A program made the position numbers and the translations under genes. 64,000 bases of DNA. Origin: Mobula hypostoma (Eukaryota). Where the stretch lies: the NCBI RefSeq assembly GCF_963921235.1, contig NC_086097.1, positions 68,388,001 to 68,452,000 of the forward strand. Direction: 5' to 3'. Under the pieces are notes generated by a model. That model made no database searches. It was not told the origin of the DNA and saw nothing but the letters and a program-made list of their open reading frames with translations. This document shows, piece after piece, positions 11,761-25,175 of this stretch. Position 1 is the stretch's first letter. Each line of letters opens with the position of its first letter.

Positions 11761-14094
11761 TGAATGATTGGAAAACTACTACTATCCCAAAATGTACCAG
11801 GAAAATTATGGTTATACATGGCATTATTCAAAATGGAAGCAACTGGAAGAATCATCAAACGTATGATGTCCCAATATCCAAAGAGATGGATGGTGCCCAT
11901 CTCCTCTGTTGCAAAATGATCTGATTCCTTGAAGCTCTCTTTCAGAGTTCATACATTTTTGCTCTTTGCACAGGAAGTTCAACTTTGACATTACAACACT
12001 TTCCATGAAATTGCATGATTCATAATCTAATATTAGAATATCCCACATGGACTAAAATGAAAATGGTGCAACTATTTTGCACAGAAATGTACAACACACC
12101 TTTTACATACAGTGTGATTTATAGCCCATCAATATATCAAGATGTTGTTAAACTACTGATATCTATGTCAGCTCAGATTGATTGAAAATCCACTTCCGCT
12201 TGTTTCCCAAACACTAGACACTTTGCCACCTTTCCTTCCCCCCAGTTGGTGAAACAATTTTTTAACTTTATCAATTTAACATTTTCTCTAATAATCCACA
12301 TGCTTAAATTACTAAATAGTGAAGACATTTACATGTGTTTTTGCCATAATATACTGTAAAATGCTTCATGCTCTGGGTCATTTTCTCTCTACTTTTCTTT
12401 CTTACATCCTTAAACCTTTGGCAGAATATACATCTCTTTAGTCATGGAACAGATTATAGGAAGTATTCCATCTTCCCTATATATTACACTACTTTACTAT
12501 AAAACAAGAGCTGATAAATGTCTGCACAACTGTGTGTTTTCTTTTTGGATATTTTCCACCAATCCATGTTGAACACTTAATTCTGCAACACAGCCTCCTT
12601 AAGATGGAAAATGGTGTTTATGTTTTGTTCAAGAAACCAGTTACTCTGAGGTTTGTATACAGTGTATACGTTCAAGTGTTAATTACAATGAACTTAGGAA
12701 CCATGTCAAGAAAACCCAAATTAAGCTGTTCTCAGAATTACCTTACAATCAGAAAAATAAATGTTTCACTAAATGTTAAAGCTAAAGAGAATTGTGCATT
12801 TTTCTGAGCATCAAGGGCTACACTTCCAACCTGCATGATTTGTTTCCTTAACATTCTTTTCACTGCTTTTAGGATTTTTCTTTCATCAGTACATGGAAAA
12901 TAGAAGCTCAGAAAGACTGCTGCCTAATATCCTGTTGCCACTGCTAGGTCCTATGGAACAGCCTCTCATCCACTTCATGGGTGTATTATTGAAAAAGGAA
13001 ATTGAATAACATAATTGCATTACAAGAGGAAGTATTGATTTAGTGGAACAGTAAACGTAAAGAAAAATGTGTAGTGATTGTATTTCCAGTATTACGAATA
13101 AAGTACTTCTTTGAAAAAGAATTGTGCAGCAAGGTTTAAATTGGCCTGTTTGGACTGACGCTGTTGAGAATATACCCACAGTATTTCAATCCATTTTGAA
13201 AAAGCAGAGGTAATGGATAAGTTAGGGGTATTAACATCAATAAATATCCTAAAAGAGACAGTAGGGTGTAAATTGTACAGTATCAAAAGAGGCATGTTAA
13301 AGTAATACTGTGCTGGAACCCAAGGAAGGTCTGTGCAAGACGTGTCCAAAAACAACATTCTGTTGTAAAATAAGGCTGAAAACAGTGCGTGTGAAAGAGG
13401 GGCTTCCAGCTGAAATAAGAAACAAAGACCTCTGCACCTCATCTCAAGTTGCTTTGGATAGAGGCTCTCATGAAGAAAATCGTTTGAGGAATTGATTAGA
13501 GATTTAGGACAAAGCTGGGTGAGAAATGGGGGCAGGAAAAATCATGTAAAGTGGAGAAATAACTGCAAGAAAGAAGCAGAATGGTGGAGGGGTAAATAAA
13601 TGGGGAGAGAATAGCAGACTAGTGTAGTGGGGTTGACAGCTGGCAGTGTCTTTGACTCTCCAGCAACAACCCAAGTCATACTTCCTGTAAATAACGACAG
13701 ATAGTTCTCAACCCTGTTGTCTGAAAGGCCCACAGTGTACTTCTGTGCCATTTGTGCAAAAATATGCATTGTGTGCTTTCTTAAAGTCTCTGTGCATCCC
13801 CAGTAGCTCTGGATGGTACACATTTTGATACTGCAGTCTCAGAGCTAAGTGTCCTTACCTGAAGCAGGCTCATTATTACTTAAAATAATAGCCTAAAGGA
13901 AATAGTTATCAAGAGAAACATTATTCAATCATTCACAATATTACAGGACAAACTGAAATCAGGTGCATTTCTAAGAACTATATCTTCGAAACATTTTGAC
14001 AAATGTCCCTGCCAGGAGCTTTGAATTCAGGATTATAGAATATGAAACAAAACATAAAAATAAGTCAGAAAATATTTAGACAAAGGCCCTGGTT

Positions 14095-16030
14095 AGAAAA
14101 AAAGGTGTGCTTAGCAGGTATAGGCAATAGGAACAAATGAAGTACTGTACTTATGGAGTATAAGAAATGAAATCAGGAGGGCTAAAAGAAGGCATGAGGT
14201 TGCTCTAGCAGACAAGGTGAAGGAGAAACCTAAGGGATTCTACCGATATGTTAAGAGCAAAAGGACTACAAGGGACAAAATTGGTCCACTAGAAGATCGG
14301 AATGGTAATCCATATGTGGAACTAAAAGAGATGGGGAAAAGATCTTAAATGTAATTGTTATATGGTTATATGGTATTTTTTGCATCTGTACTTACTCAGA
14401 AGACGGGCACAGTCTATAGAACTGAGGCAAAGCGGCATCAACTTCATGGATCCTATACAGATTACAGAGGAGGAGGTACTTGCTGTCTTGAAGCAAATTA
14501 GGGTGGATAAATCCCCAGGGCCTGTAAAGGTGTTCCCTCAGACCCTGTGGAAGGCAAGTGCAGAAATTGCAGGGACCCTAGCAGAGATATTTAAATCATC
14601 CTTAGCAACAGGTGAAGAACTGGAGGATTGAAGGATTGCTAATGTTGTTCTGCTGTTTAAGGAAGGCTCTAAAAATAAACCAGGAAATTATAGGCCACAT
14701 CTGTACTGGGAAAATTATTAAAAGGTGTTCTAGGGGACCAGATACATTATATTACTATTTGGATAGACATGGACTGATTAGGGACGGGCAGCATGGCTTC
14801 GTGTATGGCAGGTATGTAGCAGGGAAACTGATGAAGGCAGGGCAGTGTGTGTTGTCCACATGGACTTTGGCAAGACACTTGACAGGGTTCGCGATGGGGG
14901 GTTGGTCCAGGAGTTAAAATCGATTGGCATTCAAGATGAGGTAGTAAATTTGGATTAGACATTGGCTTTGTAGGAGAAGCCAGAGAGTAGTAGTAGATGG
15001 TTGCCTCTCTGACTGGAAGCCTGTGACTAGTGATGTGCCACAAGGATCAGTGCTGGGTCTGTTGTTGTTTGTCATCTATGTCAATGATCTGGATGATAAT
15101 GTGGTTAACTGAATCAGCAAATTTGTGAACGACACCAAGATTGGGGGTGCAGTGGACAGCGAGGAAGACGATCAAAGCTTGCAGCAGAATCCAGGCCAGC
15201 TGGAAAAATGAGCTAAAAAATGGCAGATGAAATTTGTTGCAGAAAAATGCAAGATGTTGCACTTCAGTAGGACCAATCAAGGTACGTCTTACACTGTGAG
15301 GCACTGAGGAGTGTGATAGATCAAAGGGATCTGGGAATACAGCTGCATAGTTCATTGAAAGTGGTGTCACAGATAGATAGAGTCGTAAATAAAGCTGTTG
15401 GCACATTGGCCTTCATAAATCAAAGTATAGAGTACAGGAGATGGAATGTTATGTTGAAGTTGTATAAGAAATTGGTGAGGCCTAATTTGGAGAATTGTGT
15501 ATAGTTATGGTCACCTATGTACAGGAAAGATGTAAATAAGGTTGAAAGAGTACAGAGAAAATTTACAAGGATGTTGCCGGGACTGGAGGACCTAAGTTTT
15601 AAGGAATGATTGAATAGGTTAGGACTTTATTGCTTGAATCGTAAAAGATTGAGGGGAGATTTGATAGAAGTATACAAAATTATGGTGGGTATAGAGAGGG
15701 TAAATGCAAGCAGGCCTTTTTCCACTGAGGTTGGGTGGGACTACAACCGGAGGTCATAGGTTAAAGATGAAAGGTGAAAATTTTAAGGGGAACATGAGGG
15801 GGAACTTCACTCAGAGGGTCATGAGTGTGTGGAGTTAACTGCCAGCACAAGTGGTGCATGAGAGATCGATTTCAATGTTTAAGAGAAGTTTGGATAGGTA
15901 GATGGATGGTTAGGGGTCTGGAGGGCTATGGTCTTATGGCAGGTCAATGGGAGTAGGCATTAAATGGTTCAGCATGGACTAGATGGGCTAAATAGCCTTT
16001 GTATGTGCTGAATTTTCTAAGACCCTAAGA
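14095..16030 (+). mobile_element. CR1-type LINE, ~1.9-kb decayed RT region to 3' end
   Basis: DKSPGP, QHGFV, gtgccacaaggatcagtgctggg (VPQGSVLG), RDLGIQ, LYKKLVRPNLE motifs with stops and frameshifts. Confidence 0.92.
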
Positions 16031-19000
16031 TGGGAAACAGGCGATTATTAAAAGGACTGTGTGAATCTTGTGTAATGGGGAGGATCAGTGGTTGATGTGT
16101 AAGTGAAGAAGGAAATAAAAATCTATTAGAGCATAGTTCTGTGCTTGAGCACTTATTACTGCTTAATTACAGACATGACTTGGGTGGTAAAGTAAAATGA
16201 GATTGGGACTATTATACTAAAGCACAAACATAAAGAAAAGAAGAAAACCTATTTCTACTGCATATAACCCACCAGATTCACATCTAATTAAATAAATTAA
16301 GTATTATGCAAAATTATAGCCCTATATATAGGATGGAGGGGAGCTTGATTAGGCCTAATTTCGATATCTACTGAAAATAAGCATGCGATTACAATGAGCG
16401 TCTGCTCCATATTCATTCAATGTAACTCAGGTAGCACAACATTAGTAGTATGTTTAGTGGATATACCGTTATGAAAGGAGATGATAAATGTTTGTTTAAT
16501 ACTACAACAAACTTTTTCATCTCTCACTATAATTTGTTCTGATTTTAACTTAAGGCAATCTAAGATAATGTTCCTGTTGACTGCGAAAGCTTACATTTTC
16601 TCATTGTCTTCGCTCATCGAAATACATCAGAAACTCCATAAAAGAGTAAAGGCAAGCATGCATGTCTATCTTCACATGAACGAGATCATGCTGGTTAATG
16701 GCAGTGCAATTGCTGAGGTCATGACCAACTATATGGTAAAAGGTTTATTTTGCATTCAGCTTCCTTCTCACCAACAATCTCTTCTCTTTTAATTTAGAAG
16801 CAATAGAGTCACTGAGTCATAGTGTAAGCAAGTATTTCTTAATTTCCTCCCTTCACCCATCAATATCTTTATCCTTGTACCTTTTACCTTTCCAACTTCT
16901 AAGTGCAACCTGCCAAATCAGTGGAGGACCATCAAGGGAAGAATGCTTGTGGAATCACACAGGGGTTCTGCTGAAGAGGATAGAAATGAGGTTCCAACTG
17001 CATTAGGCTACAGAAGAAAAGTCTGCTATAAATCCAAACTTACTGGCAATGACAATGTAAAGTGTTTAGCAGAAGCATGGCCTGAGACTTGTAGAGAACG
17101 TGTAACCCTAATTTCCAAACAATGCTAACAATCATGTTCACTGCAGGAGAGGAAGCGGGACCGAATGCAAACCACCTATAAGGTAAAGGTCTTTCATCAA
17201 AGTGCCTTTACTGCACAACATTTATACCTTTCTATTCAAGTTCTTTGCCAAGACCTTGGTCATCATGGATCATATCCCTTACCTCATGAGCCACCTCTTA
17301 GTGAGAGCACACATTGGTGATGAAACTACCACTGTCACTTGTGTGCCAGCACTGCCTTTGACCATTTTTGAAAAAGTGTATTCAGAGATCAAGTTTTTAA
17401 ATCCACAACCAAGCTCATGGTCTACTGAGTTCAATGTTTTTGATAAACAGCAGTCACTGCTTGGATGCCCAAGCCTGCCTGATACAATTTTCAGACAGTA
17501 TTATGAATGAACCCTCAGCTCTTCTGTTTAAAAGAGGCTCCTGGTTTTAAAAAAACTTGCTTGTCCAAATCAGAAGGTCCATACAAGATGTAGGAATCCA
17601 CATATAATTTTGAATTGCATTGGCTTTGATTGTGCCTCTCCCTCTACTTTCAATATCAATTTCTGACTTAGTTTGCTCAAGGAACTGCTAACTATTTGCC
17701 CCTCGATCATTGAACTTCCCATCAATGCTTATTCAAGGCTAAACAGCCTACTGACTTTAAGATTAGAAAAGCCCTTGGTAAATAACTAAATGCTGGCTTG
17801 GCAATATACCTAAAATCATTAGTAGAATAAATAACAGGAATTTCCGTATAAAAAAAGTAAGGAACTTAGAAGATAAGTAATTACAAGTCTTTCCTACATA
17901 TAGGCTGAGACTATTTGAAGAGGAAAAAGTGAAAGAGAATTGAGAAGTGGTCATTCACTCATACTCAACTAACTAAATGAAACAGCATGTGTTTGAGAAT
18001 GAAAGGAAGAAAGAAAATTAAACACCGACTTGCTCTTTGTGCAAAAAATCTCAGGAGGCTTTTCTTAGTCAAACACTTATGATTCTTTGCTCAGTTGCAG
18101 ACAGAAGGTTCCTTTGGTTGTTTAATTAGTCATCTTCAAGCATCATCATTATTTCTATTAATCAATAATATTACATGTGTTGTACACATATTGTGCACAG
18201 ATTAGTCACAGTCGAATAAATGGTCAGGCAGAGCACAAGAGGCAACACTTTCTATATTCATTTGGTATGTCACACAATGATTTATTTCTTCATTATTGGT
18301 CTACTTATATTGGCTCAGGGACGAATTATAAGACAGCAAACTTGCAATGTACAGTAATTTCTAAGGTGTATTTCAAATACCACAGAAAATTCTTTTCACA
18401 ACTGACAAAGTAGTTTACTTCAAAATAACATTTAGGATGTCATCCTAAAGATATTGTGTTCAGATTATTTGAGCATGATTAGTACATACTCAGAACAATA
18501 ACAAGAATACAAGACGAGAAATGGCTTTACACAACTCAAATAAGACCCCATTGTACAGCATGGAAGATTTATCTACAGTGTGATTTTCAGCTTTGCTGGT
18601 CTGAAAAGTTAATGGCTTTACTAACTTCCTTTTCCAGAAAACTGTGCTATTCAAAGCATAAATTGCATTCTTTGCTTTTGCTGAGATCCATAACCTCAAA
18701 TACAGCTTCTGTATGTGCCTGGAATACTTTACCCAGCTTCTAAGTCTCAGGATCGCTGCAGGCTTAGTCATATCTCTTTGTTTGCTGCTCACTGCTGCAT
18801 TAGGAAAATCATCCAACTTCTATACTCATATAGTGAAATCTTTTAATGTGTTTCCTTCATTGAGTAGGAGCAAAGCACAGGGGACACTTGGTTGTATTAC
18901 AACATCATAGACTGAACCCACTTCCTTAGAGATCTTTGTGACAAACTCCTGCAAAAAGTGTTTGGCTGTTCTCCAAGGCTTCAATGAATGAGATGCATAT

Positions 19001-19060
19001 CTCCAGTAGGCACCATTCGTTACTGCCCAAGTTCTTTAGACATCCCATGTACTCATTACA

Positions 19061-20453
19061 TGAGACCATAAGACCATAAAATATAGGAGCAGAATTGGGA
19101 CATTTGGCCTATAGGTTCTGTTCCGCCATTTCATCACGGCTGATCCAATTTTCCTTCCAGCCCCAATCTCCTGCCTTCTCCCCCTATCCCTTCATGCCCT
19201 GACTAATCAAGAATCTATCAACTTCTGCCTTAAATAAACATAAAGACTTGGCCTGTATAGCTGCATGTGGCAAAGAATTCCACAGATTGACCATTCTCTG
19301 ACTAAAAGAATTCCTCCTAATCTCCATTCTAAAAGGATACCCCTCTATTCTGAGGCTTTGTTCTCTGGTTTTAGGTTTTCTCACCATAGGAAACATCCTT
19401 TCCACATCCACTCTATTAAGGCCTGTCACCATTCAAAGGTTTCAATAAGGTCACCCCTCATTGTTTGGAATTACAGTGAATACAGGCCCAGAGCCATCAA
19501 ACACTCTTCAAATGACAAGCCATTCAATCGTGGAATCATTTTCGTAAACCTCCTTTCAACCCTCTCCTGTTTCAGCACATCCTTTCTTAGATAATGGGTG
19601 GCTTCATCAAAGGTTTATAAAATTTCAACATTACGTCCTTGCTTTTATATTGTAGTCCTCTTGAAATGAATACTGACATTGTATTTGCCTTCCTCACTAA
19701 AGACTCAACCTGCAATTTAACCTTTAGGGAATCCTGCACAAGGACTCCCAAGGCCCTTTGTGCTTCAGTTTTTTGTTCTTTCTCTCTGTTTATAAAATTG
19801 TCTTTCTTCTACCGGTGAAAGAACATACAGTTCCTGTCGCTGTATTCCATCTGCCACTTCTTTGCCCATTCTTTTAATCTGTCTAGGTCTTTCAGTAGCC
19901 TCTATACTTCCTCAAACTACCTGTCCCTCCACCTATCTTCATATTGTCTGCAAACTTTGCAACAAAGCCATCACTTCCATCATCCTAATTATTGGTATAT
20001 AATGTAAAAAGAATCGGTCCCAACACTGACCACAGTGGAACACCACTAGTCACTGTCAGCGAGACAGAAATGCTCCCTTTATTCCCAATCTTTGCCTCCT
20101 GCCAACCATCCACTGCTTTATCCATGCTAGAATCTTTCCTGTAATACCATGGGTTCTTAGCTTGTTAAGCAGCCTCATGTGTGGCACCTTGTCAAAGGTC
20201 TTCTGAAAATCCAAGTACACGAGATCCAACAACTCTCCTTTTTCTATTTCTTCAAATAATTGCAACAGATTTGTCAGGGCAGGATTTTCCCTTGAGGAAA
20301 TTATGCTGACTATGGCCTATTTTATCATGTGCCTCCAAGTGCCCTGCGACCTCACCCTTAATGATTGACTCCAACATCTTCCCAACCACTGAGATCAGAC
20401 TAACTGGCCTATAGTTTCCTTTCTTCTGCCACTCTCCCTTCCTAAAGAGTGGA
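19061..20453 (-). mobile_element. CR1-type LINE, decayed
   Basis: NYRPVSLISVVGKMLE, VYLDFQKTFDKVPH, SFSQRMVNLWNSLP; (accataag)n tail at 19061-19085. Confidence 0.92.
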
Positions 20454-20719
20454 ATGGATTCCATTTGCTCCCCATCCATACAGCATTTGCACTGGGTAAC
20501 ACTTTTCAAAAACATTTTTCTGTTCATTTCTCAGGATCAGCATTTCATAGCTAACAGTAAAAACCCACCTGGTTCATTAACAATCATCAGGAAAGGAAAT
20601 CTACCACGGCCTCTGAAATATCCTAGCAACGCCATGCATTATACCGTTAAAGTGACTTAGAATAAAACTGGACAAATCTCTTGACATTCACCCAAGTATC
20701 AAACCCATGGTCACTCCCA

Positions 20720-21660
20720 GTCCTGTCAAGCTTGGTAAATTGCGTTCACAGACATCATGTAATCTGAGACCTTCTCCACAGACTAGTCAAATAACATACG
20801 ATGCTACCTGCCAGACAGTCTGCCAAATCTTGCTTCATAGTCTCAGGCCCACCAGAGGCATACATGAGGTTAGCCATTGGAGTGCTCAACATTTATTCCA
20901 GACCCAATGAAGTCTCATGGCTTCATGTAAAATATGAAGATGAAAATCTCTGGAATACTATTTACCAACCTCCTTCTACTGATGAAAACTGAAGCTCCAC
21001 TTAAATAGCTCTTGGAAAAAGAAATGATGTAGTCAGGGCACAGAATGCACTGTGGATTGGGTGCTTACACCGGCAGCATCAAGAGTGATCTGGCAGCATC
21101 AGCACTGACCAAGCTAGCCTAAAGAACACAGCCGCCAGTGAGGGATAAGTTAACCTGACCTCTCTATTACCAACCTCTTTTGGATAAATGGATTTGCCAA
21201 TTATAGCATTATTTGAGGAGATTCCCCATAAAGTCATGAGGTGATAATCTCTTGTGCAAGGGCACCCTCCATCAAGTTGCATACGGCAGAAACGTAAACC
21301 ATCACAATCTGTAACTCTGTTGGTTAGTATAACCATCAGGAGTCAGAAAAGCATGCCAGCAGCATTACTAAACATGTCTAAAAATGATGGTTTGGCAGCC
21401 TAACAAAGCTGGAATACATGCTGCCTACATATTATGAGTTGAATAAGAATACAATAGATGGAGCTGAACAATCTCGCAGCTAATGGGTCAGATGGTAGGT
21501 CTGCAGTCCTGCTTCACCCAGATAGATATGGTGACAGACATAGAGTATGCCAAAAAGATGGAAGAGGTTCCAAGAATGGCCCCATCCTGATTGATAGTGT
21601 CATCTAGTGTATGAATGTTAAAAATGCAAAGCATTCATATCTATAGTCAACAATAAGTGC
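20720..21660 (+). mobile_element. Highly decayed L2/CR1-group LINE fragment
   Basis: Endonuclease-like remnants (EVSWLHVK..TIYQPPSTDE); similar decayed pieces at about 23150-23650, 26880-27300 and 31270-31740. Confidence 0.35.
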
Positions 21661-21960
21661 TGAATGGGAGCCAGTCTTCAGTCATTTCTACACATTCCAT
21701 GTGATATGAACAAATGAATTAGGAGCTGAAGGAGGCTGCTCCTCAGTTCTGCTCCATCAGCTAATAATAGTCACCCCTCATTCTTCTAGATCCATCTGGA
21801 TATAAGCCTAGACTGTCCAATCTTTCCTTATAAGACAATCTGCTCAGTCCAGCTAAGAGTCTAGAAATCCACCCAAGAACTGTGGTTTCTATCATGCCCT
21901 ATGTAACTTAAGCACAACCTCTCTACATTTGAGTCCAATTCCCTGGAAATAAACAATAAC

Positions 21961-22783
21961 TGAGAAGTGGCAGATGGAGTTCAACCCAGATAAGTGTGAG
22001 TTGGTTCGTTTTGGTAGGTCAAGTATGATGGCAGAATAAAGCATTAATGGTAAGACTCTTGGCAGTGTGGAGGATCAGAGGGATCTTGGGGTCTGAGTCC
22101 ATGGAACACTAAAAGCTGCTGCGCAGTTTGACTCTGTGGTTAAGAAGGCATACGATGCATTGGCCTTCATCAATTGTGGGATTGAATTTAAGAGCCACGA
22201 GGTAATGTTGCAGCTATATAGGACCCTGGTCAGACCCCACTTGGAGTACAGTGCTCAGTTCTGGTCGCCTCACTACAGGAAGGACGTGAAAACCATAGAA
22301 AGGGTGCAGAGGAGATTTACAAGGATGTTGCCTGGATTGGGGAGCATGCCTTATGAGAATAGGTTGAGTGAACTCGGCCTTTTCTCCTTGGAGTGACAGA
22401 GGATGAGAGGTGACTTGATACAGATGTACAAGATAATGAGAGGCATTGATCGTGTGGATAGTCAGAGGCTTTTCCCCAGGGCTGAAATGGCTAGCACAAA
22501 ATAGTTTTAAGGTGCTTGGAAGTGGGTACAGAGGAGATGTCAGGGGTAAGTTTTTTTACTCAGAGAGTGGTGAGTGTGTGGAATGGGCTGCTGGTGACAG
22601 TAGTGGTGGAGGCAGAAACAATAGGGTCTTTTAAGAGACTCCTGGATGGCTACATGGAGCTTAAAAAAATAAGGGCTATGGGTAAAGCCTAGGTAGTACT
22701 ACAGTCAGGACATGTTCGGCACAGCTTTGTGGGCTGAAGGGCCTGTATTGTGCTGTAGGTTTTCTATGTTTCCATGTTTCTAA
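21961..22783 (+). mobile_element. 5'-truncated CR1-type LINE, relatively young
   Basis: ORF 22136-22396 LYRTLVRPHLEYSAQFWSPHYRKD..ERVQRRFTRMLPGL; tail tttctatgtttccatgtttcta. Confidence 0.93.
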
Positions 22784-23744
22784 TTGGAGTCAGAATTGTA
22801 CAGCATAGAAACAGGATCTTCTGCCCACCACATTCATGCTGACCTTTTTGCCAGCTAAACTAATCCTACTTGCCCACACTAGGTCTACATTCTTCTATGC
22901 ATTGCCTGTCTATTCCTCCAGTAATGCATGTCAGCCTTTCCTGAATTAGCACTGAGACGTTTCACTCGTTTAACTTATCTATATCCCTTCATCCTTATGT
23001 TCAATTAAGAAATAGTTTGAGCACTGGATACAGCAAGACGTACAGACAACAGCCCAGCCACAGAACTAAAGATTCCTACTTCAGAACCAGTTACACACCT
23101 AGCCCATGTAAAGAAAAAAAATATTGTTGATGATGGAAATCTGGCATATGGAAAATACCTGTACAGTTACAACAGTGCAATGTGGAAAATTGTTCAGATA
23201 CGTCCTTTCATATAAACAGGTCATCAGCAAAGTGCTGGAACTACCATCAAGCAACACTTCTAAATAATGTGGTCATTAATGTTCACCATGACTGACTGGC
23301 TTCAGACACGGATTACAGAATTACATTCTGTGTGAGGGAAACTACCTTTGCCACCACAGCAGCATCAAGGATATCTGATAAAACTAAGATCAATGATCAT
23401 TCAAAGGATAAGCAATCCAACAGGGAAAGTCAGGCCTCACATAAAGGAAGATTATTGTAGTTGCTGAAAGTCAGATATTCCAACCCTAAAATTCTATTCC
23501 AAATTGTATACCATCGCACTTGGAAATATTCCTCCATCATTGTCGGGCCTGAACGCTGAGCTATGATGCCAGCTGCACTGGAGGAGTTCATTCACAAATG
23601 ACACCATAGTTCAAAGAGGTAGCTCAGCAAAAGTAGAATGTAATTTAAGCTTCTTACTGGTGTGGTGGTATTGCAAATATAACTTCACCTACTTTCCACT
23701 ACTGCCACCCGTAAGCTGCACCAGCCCACGTGGTAACCTGTCTC

Positions 23745-25175
23745 AATGACTTATATCCACAGTGATGAAGTGCTTAGAGAGGTTGGTGATGAAACATATC
23801 AACTCTTGTCTGAGAAGCAACTTGGATCTGCTCCAATTTGCCTAGCAGCACAACAGGTTTACAGCAGATACCATTTCATTGGCTCTTCACTCAAACCTGG
23901 AACATCTGGACTGCAAAGATGCATACATCAGGATGTTCTTGATTGACTACATTCAATACTATCATCCCCTCAAAACTAATCAATAAGCTTCAAGATATTG
24001 GCCTCAATACCCCCTTGTGCAATTGGATCCTCAATTTCCTCACTTGTAGACCCCAGTCAGTTCAGATTGGCAACAACATCTCCTCCACAATCTCCATCAG
24101 CACAGGTTCACCGTAAAGCTGTGCTTAGCTCTCTCTTATGAATACACTTATAAATGAGTGGCTAAACACAGCCCCAATGCCATATTTAAGTTGCTGACTC
24201 CACTGTCATTGGCCAAATGAAAGGTGGTGATGGATTAGCATACAAAAGGGGGATTGAAAATCTGGCCGAGTGGTGCCACAACAACAAACTCTGACTCCAT
24301 GTCAGCAAAACCAAGCACCTGATTATTGGCTTCAGGAGGAAGAAACCAGAGGTCCATGAGCCAGTCCTCGCTGGGGGTCAGCCATGTTAAATTCCTCAGT
24401 GTTATCATTTCAGATGACCTGTCCTGGGCCCAGCATGCAAGTGCAATTAAGAAGATAGCACGGCAGCACCTCTAATCACTTAGAAGTTTGTGAAGATTCG
24501 ATATGACATTTAATACTTTGACAAATGTCTATTGATATGTGGTGGAGAATATACTGACTGGCTGCATCACAGCCTGGTATGGAAACACCAATGCCCTGGA
24601 ATGGAAAATCCTACAAAAAGTAGTGAATACAACCCAGTCCATCATGGGTGAAGCCCTTCCCACCATTGAACACATCTATACGAATGTTTGTCACTGGAAA
24701 TCAGCATCCATCATCAAGGACCCCCACCACCCAGGTCATGCTCTCTTCTCATTTCTACCATCAGGAACAAGGTACAAGAGCCTGAATACTCACACCACCC
24801 AGTTCAGGAACAGTTATTATCCCTCAACCATTAGGCTCCTGAACGAGAGGGAATCACTTCACTCACCCTTATTTGCCCCATCACTGAACTGTTCCCACAA
24901 CGCTTGGACTCACTTTCAAGGACTCATCATCTCATGTCCTCAATATGTATTGCTTATTTATTATTGTTATTTCTTTTTTTTCTTTTTCTGAATTTGCACA
25001 GTTTGTTGTCTTTTGCACTCTGGTTATCCACCCTGTTAGGTGCAGTCTTTCATTGATTCTGTTATGGTTATTGGATTTATTGAGTATGTCAACAAGAAAA
25101 TGATTCCCAGGGTTGTATTTGGTGATACATATGCCCTTCGATAATAAACTTACTTTGAACTTTTAACTTTGAAAT
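23745..25175 (+). mobile_element. Rex1/Babar LINE, RT region to 3' end
   Basis: ORF 24539-24991 ENILTGCITAWYGN...IIKDPHHPGHALFS.LPSG.RY..L...T..FRNSYYP; tail aataaacttactttgaacttt. Confidence 0.9.

Noticed and set aside
16481..18910. Non-repeat ORFs of 60-110 aa (e.g. 16481-16792, 17202-17510, 18490-18816)
   Set aside because: No recognisable domain, composition typical of random AT-rich DNA, no supporting splice structure.
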